This document shows positions 29,373 to 42,035 of a stretch of 64,000 bases of DNA, piece by piece. Under the pieces are notes generated by a model. That model had not been told where the DNA came from and did no database searches. It was given only the letters and a program-made list of their open reading frames with translations. The position numbers and the translations under genes were made by a program. Source of the stretch: the human T2T-CHM13v2.0 reference genome, Homo sapiens; assembly GCF_009914755.1 (NCBI RefSeq), contig NC_060929.1, one strand, 5' to 3'. Within the stretch, counting starts at the first letter, position 1. Each line of letters opens with the position of its first letter.

Positions 29373-32300
29373 CTTGAGAGTGGAATAAGTAGGAGAGATA
29401 ATTTATTGGAATTGCTTACATAGATAAATTCACCAAAGTTATTTGTGTAGATTTGTTAAAGTGTATCAATTTTTAAATCACAATATTTCTGTTTTCTTCA
29501 TTGCATATTAACCAAATTTTGGCCATTCATAAGTATGCTATAAAACTAAAGTGATCACTGCTATTCACGAATTATTATAGAATCTTCTTTGCAGATTTTG
29601 TGATATATTAAGAAAAGCTGATTTTAATATTAATATTTAAGAAGTTATTTGATCCTGAAAACCTAAATTTAAGGTATAGGCCATTTGACACGTCCTTTTT
29701 GAACAGAAATTTCATTACAGGCTAAGTGAAAATAAGCCAGAATTAGCATGAGTCAGGTAGAATTTCATGATAAAAGAACAACCAGATGAAATAAGAAATA
29801 ATGATTGGTTTCAAGCCAATGAATCTGCTAAGCTAACTACCAAGTTTTGATGTTGAATGGTCCAGGCAATTTATGTCTTTAGGAAAGCTGAGTGTGGCAA
29901 AGGTCACTTGTTAACATTTTTCTTAACAAGAATGTCATAACTACTCATTCATTTTTATTTTGTCCCCACGTTTGGTATTTGTTTTGTTTTGTGTTTTTCC
30001 TTCCTGATGTCCTTTGCTTTTGTGGAAGATTGTCCTGTTGATAGGCAGAAACATGGTGGTGATCCTCTATGTAAAATATAGTTGCTTCTTACACATCAGA
30101 AGTATTTCACTCATTTTGGAATCACAGGATTTTCATGTTTTCATAAATACACACATTGTTTTGATAATTATTAGCAATTAGCTTATTTTGTAGCATTAGA
30201 TGGAAAAATGTTTAAGCTAAAGAGTTTAATTTTCTTGATTTTGGTTCCACTTTAATAATTCAAGAGGCCTCCAAGTTCAAGGACCAAGTCCTTCTATTTT
30301 AGAATTGTGAAAAACATGGAAATACTCTTGTTAGTGTGTGTTTTGGTCTAAGGTAGATTATTAACACAGAAGGATCCTAGGAGGATTTAAGAAAATATGT
30401 CCTTATCGTGAAGTGGCAGTTAAAGTTATGGGACAGGTGAATTACCTATTCATCTTGACTAGCTCAAACAATGATAGCCATCAGCTAATGACTTATCAGA
30501 CACATGTTGAGTTTGGGTCAAACTCCCATTCAGCTGGAGTGGATTGGCAATTTTAAATGCAGGTAGTTGGTGGTGGTACTTGACCTACCTCCTTACCATG
30601 TACATCTGGCATCTTCTCTCTCCTATCCTTTTTCTTTGTTTCTCTCTCCACTTTTATTCTTGCTGTAGGCCTACCAGTGGCACTCAAGCTTACTTCTTCA
30701 GAGAGAAGTAAAGAAATTTCTGACTCCTGCCTTAGAACATAGCTAACTGATGATCCAGAACAATTTCAGTATTATGAGGTAACTGGGCAGTTTTTTTCTG
30801 ATTGCTATTTTCCCCATAGTCTTAAGCTGGCAGTTTGAAGGTATCTAAATTAATGTTAAGAAACTTGTGAACTGAAGAGAGTAAGAAGTATGTGTATTTT
30901 AGGTAAGTTACTGGGAACTGAGACTTACTGGTTTGGAAATTGGAGAGTAGGACGAGGAGAGCTGTTTAATGTGTTTGTGGATGGGGGTTTGAGAGGTATA
31001 TAGAGAATGGTTTGGAAATAAAGTGAGAGGAATTTTTACTAGAGGTAGGAAAAGGTACTATGATGGAGTCCGAATGAGAGTTATTTGCTAAGGAAATGAA
31101 GTTGATCTTCACTAAGGAAGTTTCAATAAAGCCAGAGAAAATGGGTCCCTCATTGATTATGAGAAAGCTGTTAGTTACTATAGCTAGAGTTATGATAATG
31201 ATCATGCATTATACAAGTCTGTTTTCATGTATAGGATGTCTGCTTTTCTGGGACAAATTAGCACAATTGTGGAATGACAGCTTTTCTGGTCAAGGCAAGT
31301 GGATGCTGGGGAGTTATTATTTTGAGGAAAAGAAAATTTCAAGCTTTTCACCATTATTCTTTTTAAACTATCAGAAATATTTATCACACATACTATCTAT
31401 TTTCTTGGGCTCTTGTTACAATGTAGTTTACCTTTACTTTTCAAATGGTCCTTAGATCAAATTATTTGATTTTGTACTCCACAAAGACACATATTATTCC
31501 TTGCTTTTATAGAATTTTGAGACTTTGGCCCACACAAATTTCTTAGAAGACAATAAACCAGGTAAAAACACTAACTTGCAATTTTAGGTGTCTTTTTTAT
31601 TTCTTTTACATTTGCATCCGTAGCAACCATTTAACCTTGTAGACCTTATGAGGCCCTCAATAATACTGTATTTCTAAAATTAGACAACATACCCCCCAAA
31701 CTCATGTTTCTGTTTCCCTACTTTCTCTCTTACTTTAAAATTGTAGTATTCCCAAGAGTTCAGTGGTGGCAAATGTTAATAAAATAAGTTAGTACATTTT
31801 GGAGGTTCTTATATCCTTTGTAGGGTAAGCTGATAGTGTTTAGATTTCTGTTCCCATTATTCCAGTAGTGTTTTAAATTATTTAAGATAAATAATTACTG
31901 TAATGTTTGTTTTTAAGTTACATAATTCAAGTATGTTTGGATTAACTCTTTGTTGTCAAATTTAGTATGGATTTATTCCTGGTGATTTGGACAGATTACT
32001 TTGAAGTTTCATTTTACTCACATCTCTATATATTAGTGATAAAAATCTCTTTTAAAAATAGCAAAAAAGTGGTTCTGATTTTGTACTTTGAAGGTAATTT
32101 TTCTTTTTTACGAATGTCAGGTTCATTAACAATAGCAGGATTATTTTTACTATAGCTTATTTTGTAGAGTTGGCACTTTAGTATAATTTTCACATTTTAT
32201 TGTGTCAGATTTTAAATTATAATAGTTATATACTATAACTCATTTAAGTCAATGCAAAGCCTTCTTAAATAGCCCCTCCCTTAGAAATTTGTTTAAAAAG

Positions 32301-34159
32301 AAGTGAATTCCCAAACCTGTGTCAAGAACTTGTGATTTAAATGACTGTGAGACAAGTCCTTGAAAGGCTTAAGTCTAGTCAGTGGAGATAAATGATAGCC
32401 CATTTCCATGCTGCATATAGTTGTTAGGGTTTATAAAGTTGTCAATGTGTAAAAGTGCAAAAGCAGGAAAGACTAAAGTTGCCTGTAAAATTTCTAGTTT
32501 TCATTATTTGCACTATTTATCTTTGCACTTGATTTTTTGAAAGTTAAGGCTAGTCACTTTCACTTTTGTTTCTAGTCTTTTCTAATTTCTTGCAGAATTG
32601 TGTTTTCAATATTCCACCCAAAGCAAAAATTATATGCAATTAAAAATATTTTATAAGGCCAAGAAAATATTTCTTAATGTTAGCTGTATAAAACAAAAAT
32701 TTGTTCTGATAAAATTTTTAATATGGGCCTTTATTTGCCAATAAAATCCTTTGTAAATGTGAGCTTTATTAAACTGTTTAAATAGACAAAGTTAAAGCTT
32801 AGGATAGGGAATATATATGTATGTGTATATGAAATGATGTCTTCGAGTTTTAACTTCCAGCCTGAGATGGCCTAGATTTGGTGTGTTAGTTTGTTTCACT
32901 GAAGTCAGTGAGATAGGAGTCTAGCTGGGTACATGCTTAAAAAGCTGGAAGTGAAGTGGGTGGCAAGTGGCAGCTCCCTCTTTCATGTAGTTTTCCATAA
33001 TGTTCATATAGTTTCCTTATGGTCTAAGTGTTACAACTGGTTTTCAAGTTGTTATATTGAATATTCCTTTTTGGAATTCAGGGTTGAATCACTTTGAGGG
33101 GGAAGGGAAGCAAGGGCAAGAGACTTTATTTTAACCAGATGCGGTCTTATGACCTCAAAGATGTGCTCTAGAAAGAAAATAACAAAAAGTGTACCTGTGA
33201 ACATATTTTTTGTCTTGGTGATATTATGCAACACAGTGTTCAGAATTGCAAAAAAATTTAAAAATTGATAGTTTTATCAATGGAACAGAGAGATGTGTTT
33301 TTGGCTAAAATTATTTTTTGTAAGTTATTTGGTTATTTCATTTTATATTCCCTTTCCCATAGCTTTGTACACACCTCATACTTAAAACCAAGTGAGAGGC
33401 CTCTTTTCAGATCTGGTTTATTTTTGGAATGCCTGAGTGTGTTTCCAGATTGGGGGGGGAGAGGTGGTGTTTTACTTTTTGACATGCTCTTAGCATGTTT
33501 TGCTAGTCATTCTGGATCTTATGTTTGCAAATTCTGTTGAACATTCAGTGATGTATTTGAAATGAGAAAGTCCTTTATAACATAGTGTGAATGTTTGTGG
33601 CCAATTCAATTGTGGAATCTTATGGCTTTGTTTTTACTTTGGGTAGAAGTTTAACTTCCATTGTTCAGATTTTAGGTTTATCTAGTGAAATTGTGCCAGG
33701 TAGTTGTCTAAATATGGACCAATTTTGGGAAATGAAGATTAATAAGTGTATATTTGATTCTAGATAATCCTTTACTCAAAATCATAAGTTAAAGATTCAC
33801 ATCATTAAGAGTTATCTAACTTTTATGTTGTCAAATCTTTAAATGTGGATGATATTCAGCATTCTATCTATGAATTTCCTTTAGGAAAAGAGAAAAATTC
33901 AGTCTCCAAACCTTTTCTTGGAGACAAAATTTACCACATATCGAAAATGAAAAAAATTTAGAAAGCGATTTGATTATTTTTTAATGGAGTTTAACCAGCT
34001 TAATTAATGATTTTTCCAGTTTGAAGCACTTATTTTCCCAATGTGAATAAAGGGAAAAGATCAGCAATTTGTCCCTGGCCTTTTTCGAGGCCATTTTTAG
34101 TTTTCTGCCCCCATTTCCCAGTCCTGGTATAAAATGAATTACGGGTATCCCTCTAAGTC

Positions 34160-34322
34160 CCTATAACCCTTTTTGGGGGTCACAGATATCTTTGATAATC
34201 TGATGACAGTGTGATGGATCCTCTACCCAAGAAAAAAAAAATGCCCATCCCTGGATAATTTTGCATACAACTTCAGGGGCATCACACATCTTCTGAAACC
34301 CAAGTTAAAGATCTCTGCTCTA
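34160..34322. mobile_element. hAT-Charlie-type MITE (Charlie4z-like)
   Basis: ttttgggggtcacaga..ctttgataatctgatga..atggatcctct..aaaaatgc..aattttgcatacaacttcagggg..ccaagttaa. Confidence 0.6.
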
Positions 34323-35857
34323 AGTAAATTGTAGAGAATTTTAGTGCAAATCGTTGATAAAATTAGGAACCAACTATTGGCTTAAAACCTTTCATATTGG
34401 AATTATTGTTAGATGGTGGCCCCTACTAGCAAAATGTGACATTGCAACCAGCTTCGTTAGACATTATAACAACCAGAGAGAAGGGAAAAAAGCAAAGTTC
34501 TGAAAGCTATTTATAAGGAGTCAGGGCATCTCTAGACATGGGAGCCTTCCTGGTTCAAGGCAGGGGTCAGGGTGCCTGACAATTTCTAGCAGGGTAGAGT
34601 TTGATAAACCACAATGCTCAGGATGCCAAGGGGTTAGCCATTATCTTAACCCCTTCCTCACCAAAAGATTTTAGTTTTGTCTGTTGGGAAACAAGATGTC
34701 ACTAGGGAAAAAAAGATTTGCCTTACAACTTTGCTGGAACACATCAGTTTGGTGACGTTGGGACACTAGTGTTATTTTTGAGAAGGCGCATAAAACCAAA
34801 GTAAATTATTCTCTATGTAGAACATTTATTTACTAGTAACATTTGTTTGCGTGTATTCGCTTTGACAATTTTTACCAGTAAATATTGGTTTTATTTAAAA
34901 CTGGGAATCCAGTTGATATATAGGATAGTTGATACATCTGTTCTTTCCCCCATGTAAAGCATAGTTAAAAGATTTATGCATACTTTTTACTTTTCTCTCT
35001 TAATGCCATGGGGTGGGGAGGGTGGGTGGGGGAAAGATTTTTGAGTCTACAACTGACAAAATGTCTTCTTCAAATTAAAAAAAATTGAGAAGCAGCACTT
35101 TAAGTCTAACTCTACACCATTTTATTGCATGTATTAGTTTTATTAATGATTTTTGGTGCATGCCTTTGGGCTTATTCAAAAGTGTACAATAGGAAAGTAT
35201 ATTTCCTTTCTTAGAAAGGAGATGTTTTCTACTTTGCAACATGTGATTACAAAAATCTTCCTCTGTGGGAAGATTAACCATGTATTGAACTACTGAAAAG
35301 TATATATTTTTAGATATACAGAAGGAATCTACATGGAGCAGCATTCAGACCTATATAGAAGTCATAGCATTCTGTATAGGACCAAAAAGGAAATAACATT
35401 AAACACTTAAACAGACGTTGTTGGGTAGAAATACCTTTAGATCTTGCATTTACTTCCAAAAAGAAAAAATGCCACAGAAGTTTGCTGAAAACTTTTGTCG
35501 TTTGAATTTTCTCTGTCAGTGTATTTAGCCCAAATACAACAGCTTTGGGTTAGCACACACATAAGAATCAAAAAAACAAAGCTCACTAAATAAATCAGTC
35601 TGGTTTGCCAATCCAGCTTGACTGAAATAAGTAAACCAATCACTTGCAACATGAAAAACTGTCCAACTCCTCTAAGGTTCTGACAAAATAACCTTGGCTG
35701 ATGTGGGAAGACTCCCACTTTGATTACTGACCTGACAGTGAAGATTCATGCTTGACATGATTTCAGACTTGACAATGTCTGTTTAAGGAGCTATGGTACA
35801 GTTTGCTAATTCAATCCCAGATACCTGTTGATTACCTGTGAGATCTAGAGTCCAAAG

Positions 35858-36400
35858 TAGCCAGCAGCCATATCCCTGAGTGCTCTGTGCCCATCAGATA
35901 TCTTAAAGTAAGCAGGGTTGGGACAGGTCACAGCTTGGATGATTGACCTCAGGTGCCGTAGACAGCCCCAGATTCAAGAATTGTATCTGCTTTCTTGGCA
36001 GTCGTCACTGAACTAATGTCCCATACTGTGTTACTTACTGTAGATGCTCTCTTTTAGAGGAGGCCCAGAGCACACATCCTAATCGCTAGCGGTACTCAGA
36101 GAGGGGGTGCTAACTCTGATGCCCTGGCCAAATTCCAGTTTAGGGATGTGGGTCTTCTTCTTGTCATTCTAATTGGAAATGTGCATCACTTCCCATTTTT
36201 CTTACTGATCTCAGTGCAAACTACACTAGTCTGTTTCTTTGCCCTGGTCTCAAGTCTCTAAGACGCTGGTGTGTATTATGTGGGCTAAGTTCATGTGTTA
36301 TCCTAAGGCACAAGAGTTGAGGAATGGGTGAGCTTGGTGTCAGAGCACTGTGTGGTTGGAGGGTGGACTCTTGTGATGCTGTGGGGATGAAATTGGCCCT
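35858..36400 (+). mobile_element. AmnSINE1-like ancient SINE (5S rRNA-derived head plus Deu domain)
   Basis: gcagccatatccctgagtgc...taagcagggttgggacaggtcacagcttggatga..gacc resembles 5S rRNA; actgaactaatgtccca and ggggtgctaactctgatgccctggccaaattcca match the recalled AmnSINE1 body. Confidence 0.7.
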
Positions 36401-37520
36401 CTTTTAGCATAAGTTGGGGAGTGTGCACTGGCTGGAGGCTTCCAGAGGCTTCCAGCCATGAGGTGTGAGCTGAAACCAATTTTTCCTCTTTCCTTATAGC
36501 ATGTTGAGAAAATCTGTTGGGTTTTCAGCAGTCAGGGAAGGCCGGAGTTCTGCTTTAATCTGGGTAACTGAGGCTAATATGAGCAAGACTTTGGTTAATT
36601 AACTGGGTTCTCAGATGCCACAGACTCCGTGAGAAGTCACCATTATTTTCAATGGTTGTGATAGAATTTCCCCCAGTAGCCATTATTTTAAGATTATATT
36701 GCAGAGTTGCTTTATTTTGAGCTTTTTGTGTATACACAATCCCAAACTGGAAGAAATTTTAAAAAAAGGAATCCTGCTGTGAAAGGTATATATTACTCTA
36801 GATTTTTCTTACTGTAAATATTGTAAGATTGTAATACTGTCGATATTTTATTAACCAACAAATGTTAATCTATGTGAAATCAGACTTATTTTAAATGTGC
36901 TTCTTATTTACTGTGTGTGGTCCCTGTTGCTGACAGTATTAAGTTATATTCTGATGTAAGATTAACTTTATTAAAGAATGTAAACATTAATGTTTCCTTA
37001 TGGGAAAACAAATAAAGTATAAAGAAGACAATTCTTTTCATTGAAATATACTGTGTATTTACACTTGCTAGACCCAGCACCACTTATAAATTTAGTACAC
37101 TGTTCAGAATTTTAGTTAACACAGCTGACATGGTTGTGCTCTGTTTGAAAGTCTAAGAATAGGTATTGTTGGAATATACAGTTTGTATTTGTCTGCTGTG
37201 AATCATAATCTTGAAATTTCTAATCAAGTTTGTAAAATTTTTATAGTGAAACATTTTAATGACAATTTAAAAATTTATCTTCTCTAAAGAATGGTCAAAA
37301 CAATATCCTTTCAGAAATAGAATTGTTCTTTAATATCTTTCCAAAATGACTTTGGTTAAATGGACCAGATGTATATTAGTTAAAATTTAGGACTAAGTTG
37401 TTGATATTCTTTGAGTTTACAAGTTAATCCTTATTGGAGATGTGCCAATATACAGTTAGAATATCATTAATTTGCACTGTTTGGGGACCCCATTTAAGAA
37501 TGCTGAATTTTGCCAACTAA

Positions 37521-37733
<213 letters not shown>

Positions 37734-37789
37734 AAACTAGCGAGGTCTGCTGTACTGCTTATTGAAGTATTGTGATTATTTTAGGCATT

Positions 37790-37940
37790 GATTCTTACAA
37801 AATATATACTGTAACAGTATACTTTGTACAGATTTAAATTTTATTTGAAAAAATGAAATAAAGTAGGCAAAAAAATAAAGATGTTTATTTTTCATGTGAC
37901 TGTATAATCAGATCAGTCTTTTGTTTCAGTGCTTTTTGGG
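37790..37940 (+). terminator. Strong distal polyadenylation site
   Basis: UGUA elements upstream, tandem AATAAA at 37857-37862 and 37874-37879, U/GU-rich downstream element (gtcttttgtttcagtgcttttt). Confidence 0.75.
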
Positions 37941-38284
37941 GGAAGGGGTCTGGTTGCGATCTTGGATTTTTTTTTTTTTTGATAGGTGGAAACTTTTTAG
38001 GACTCAGTAGCAGGTATACTTATGCTTATGAATTGGCTGCAAGCATTAAGTGTGCTCTCATACTAGAGAACTCTATCTTCTATTTTATTTTAAGGTAGGT
38101 TTGCTTATTTTTAAAAATGTTATGTGAATGGCCTCCCTATCCTGGCATACTGGGTCATTTAAAAAATTCTCTGGTGGTATGACAGTGAACCTAGCCATCA
38201 TGTTGAAGAGAAGGAAAACCTTTTCCCAAAGATCATGCTCCATTCTCATGGAAGGTTTTTTGTTTTCTGTCAGTTACAATAAAA

Positions 38285-38510
38285 AAAATGTAATTATCAT
38301 GGATACATACTAGTTATACATACTTATGGGGTACATGTAACATTTTGAAACAAGCGTACAATGTACTGATTAAATCAGGATGATTGGGGTATCCATCACC
38401 TGAAGTATGTATAATTTCTTCGTTTTAGGAACATTCTAATTCCACTCTTAGTTATTTGAAATATATAATAAATTATTTTTAATAGTTGCCCTATTGTGCT
38501 GTTGAACACT
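38285..38510 (-). mobile_element. L1MA-type 3' end fragment
   Basis: atacttatggggtacatgtaacattttga..aaatcagg..attggggtatccatcacc...ccctattgtgct. Confidence 0.8.
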
Positions 38511-39068
38511 TAGAAAATAGAGGTTGCGGTTTAAAATCTCTTTCAAAACTGTTTTTCTAGTGAGTGGAATGGCAGACAGTGAATGAAGCTACCAATAAAA
38601 ACAAGACACAGGAGCCATCCCTCAGGATAGTTTCAATGGGGCCTTCTAGAAAAGTAGATTATCTGACCAACAAGAACCACCCATTTTGACCTCTAACTTA
38701 AAAACCAACAAAGGCCTCAGAAGCCTCAGGTATATATTTTCCTCAACCTTTTTAAGTAGAGTTTGAAGTTTTATTTGTAGCTTTCTCCTTTTATTTTATC
38801 TTTTTTTTATGTTTTCACTTACCTTCAGGCTGGATATGAGGAATGCCTGAAGCAAGTAGTTCTCCAAGATACCTGGCAAAAATCACACTATGAAAAATCT
38901 CTCAATTTACTTAAGTATATACGACAGCAGTTATATTCTAAAACTTGATGCATGTCCATAGGCCATCTCAAGTTCACATTACTGCAGTTCCAGGCTTCTC
39001 TGGGGGAATCCCAAGAGAGTTCATTATGAGTATTGTTTTGTTGTTTTCTTGCTAAAAAGGCCCTCCTT

Positions 39069-39372
39069 GGCTGGGCATGGTGGCTGAGACCTGTAATACC
39101 AGCACTTTGGGAGGCCTAGGTGGGCGGATCACTGGAGGTCAGGAGTTGACCAGCTTGGCCAACATGGTGAAACCCCGTCTCTACTAAAAAATACAAAAAT
39201 TAGCTGGACGGTAGTGCACACCTCTAGTCCCAGCTACTTGGGAGGGTGAGGCATGAGAATTGCTTGAACCTGGGAGTTAGACATTGCAGTGAGCCGAGAT
39301 TGCACCACTGCACTCCAGCCTGGGTGACAGAGCGAAACTCTGTCTCAAAAAAGAAAAAATAAGTAAATAAAA
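39069..39372 (+). mobile_element. Alu with TSD
   Basis: Full dimer; taaaaaggccct / taaaaaggcgct flanks. Confidence 0.96.
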
Positions 39373-40759
39373 TAAAAAGGCGCTACTTTGGAGTGAACAG
39401 AAGGATGAACTAGCTTCCACATATGACAACCACCAACTTCAATAAAAATAATGGAGAAACTTTGCTTTCTGAAAACTGAAAGCTGAGAGTGCCACTGTTG
39501 TAGAGAGGTAGGTGGGATGCCTAAGAAACTTCAGTTTCCCTAAGTTCTAGGGTGCCTCTGATTTGGGGGGTACACACAGAAGACAGGTGGCTACTTCCTG
39601 AAGAAGAGACCAGATTCTGCTCTCTTCTCTGCAGAGATCAGATAAATCCTTGGGTCCCTGTCCGAGAGAAGGACTCAAGCACAGGAGGTTGTGGTGGAAA
39701 TTCCAGCCATGATTTACTCCCAGCAAGTATAAGGGAGTGAAAAGTCAGGAGTCAGGCCCTTCATCTTTTAAAGACTCCGAAAGGACCATGATTAAATATG
39801 CCCAATGGTCAGTTGGACAGCAAGAGGCCCCGAGGTGAGGTCCTACTGAAGGGCTACAGGAGGAGCATCCCAGACAGCCAGGTCGGAACTACACGGCAAT
39901 GCTGGTAGGGCCATGGGGAGCCCCTCAAGAAAGGAACCCAGCATGCTCAAACAGAACTATTTGTCATTTTTCTTCAGTCTTTCTTTTCTAAGATGTAATT
40001 GGTGGTCTCTTCCTACATCCACCTCCAATGGATGTTAACTTTCATTTAACCATGTGGTATATCATTTATTTTGGTATTTTGCATGGCTTTTAGAAATCCT
40101 TTGTTCCTAGTCTCAGTAACAATTTATTTCTAAGCAGTCAGGACTGTTTTATCTTGGGTACTGAGTTTTGGAAGAGGTCCTGCTCTTTCAGGACGAGAGG
40201 AAAGAGAGTTCTCTTTTCAGTGTTTGCCTCCTAGGTCACCTCAGGGCCGGCACACACCTCCACTGTTCTCACTTCAGCAACCCCACCCCACCCCCGCCCT
40301 GCCTTCTAGAACTTCAGGAGGAGGAGCCACAGTTTTTCCCCTGAAACTGGGGATTCTACCTAAATATTGCAAATCTTCAGAGTGTTTCCAATGACATTGA
40401 TACAATTTTCCTACCAATATTGATTTTCATTCACTTCGATTTCCTCACATCAGGCTATTTGGCACTTAGGTTGGCAGTGAGAAAATGTCACAAAACAGAC
40501 TCACTGAATGTTGCAAGGCTTAAAAGAATAGGATATCATTACCTTACAGCCAGCAGGGGTGTCTAGTTAACCCCACCATCGTAGGCATCCTGGCTCTCCC
40601 TGCATGCTCATCTCACACCTCAGACCTCTGTCAGCCTTCTGTGGAGACTAGCAGTAGCTGTAACATAGCTCCACTTTCTGTTTCTGGCAGTGTCACTTAG
40701 AGTGGGTCTGTACTGCCACTATCCCAAATTTCTTCATGCTCACCACACTTTATTTTTTA

Positions 40760-40990
40760 AACATTGAGTGCTTAAATATTCAAGGCACCAAACTAAGCAT
40801 TTTACCTGTGTTATTTTACTTCATTCTTACTATAACTCTATGAAATAGGCACTATTATTACCCTCAATTTATAGATGAGGATACTAAGGCACAGAACGAT
40901 TAAATGACATGCATAGAACTCCACAGTCAGGATTCAGGTCCAGGTAGGATGATGGCAAAGCACATCCACAGTCTCAATCACTCTAATATG
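40760..40990 (-). mobile_element. MIR
   Basis: cattgagtgctta...ctatgaaataggcactattattaccctcaatttatagatgaggatactaaggcacaga. Confidence 0.8.
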
Positions 40991-41871
40991 TTGCCTTCTC
41001 TATGAAGTTGCCTCCTCATCCCTTAATTTGTAGGGTCTCCCTGACTTTGACTTTGCCCCACCTAAGGATATATGTAGCTGAGTGTCAAAGCTAACGTTAC
41101 GTGGAGCAAAGGAGGATTCTTCTGCATAGCTCAAAAGCCACACTTCCTGTTTCAGAGGTTGATTCATGAATGAATCCACATTTTCATTTCCCCCTCCCCT
41201 TTCATGGGGAATGACTTACTCAGAGCAGGTCTGAAGGAAGCTGGCAGATGGCCCTACCAGGCCTCTCTCCACTGCTCTTGCTTAAAGTAAGCACAGCCCT
41301 GAGTACTATTCCTGCCTCTTCCCGCCCTTACCACAATGACCTGATCAAAGGGTTCTGTGAATGAGGCTCTTGAATTCTGTCTAGTTGAGTTGATTTCCTT
41401 CCTATGCCCAGCTTCTATCCCTTAGCAGACACCCTTTCTTCCTTAGAGCAGGCCTCCTAACTGAGCCCATGTGGCTTCAGACACAAGTTCAACAAGTATC
41501 AGGAGATAGTCTCTAGGAGAGGATCTGGGTCTGCCCAGATTCTCAAAACCTCACTGTTCACCAACAATTGGTGCAGCAATTGGATCAGCCAGAGAAAGCC
41601 ATGTAGTTTTCAGCTCAGTTTTGCTTGGGCTTTTAAGTTTCTGGAGGCATTTTCCTGCACCCTATAAAATGCTATTTCCCAGATGTTTCCTGACCTCAAG
41701 GAGAGGTCCAGAGTCTGTAATTCTCCAGGGGCTTCTTCCAAAAATAAAATCTCAAGTTCCTTGGGACTTAGGGGTAGTTTCAAGGGCTATGGCATCTGTT
41801 GGAACTCCTGTCTGAAAAGGAAAGATCATAATTTGAACTTGAACTCTTCGTGGTTTTTGGTATCCTCTAAA

Positions 41872-42035
41872 GCAGTGGTTCTCAAAGTGTAGCCCCTGGG
41901 CCAAGCATCCCCTTACATTCTTGGGTCCCACTCCAAACCTACTGAATTAGAACCTCTAGGGCTGGGCCTCAGCATCCATATTGTAACAAGCCCTCCACGT
42001 GATTCTGAAGCACACTAAAGTGTGAGCACCACTGC
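41872..42035. mobile_element. MER5A-like hAT MITE
   Basis: TIRs cagtggttctcaaagtgt ... agtgtgagcaccactg; internal acctactgaattagaa..aacaagccctcca.gtgattct. Confidence 0.8.

Noticed and set aside
35858-35965. Functional 5S rRNA gene
   Set aside because: Too diverged and continues into SINE body sequence; treated as an AmnSINE1-like head.
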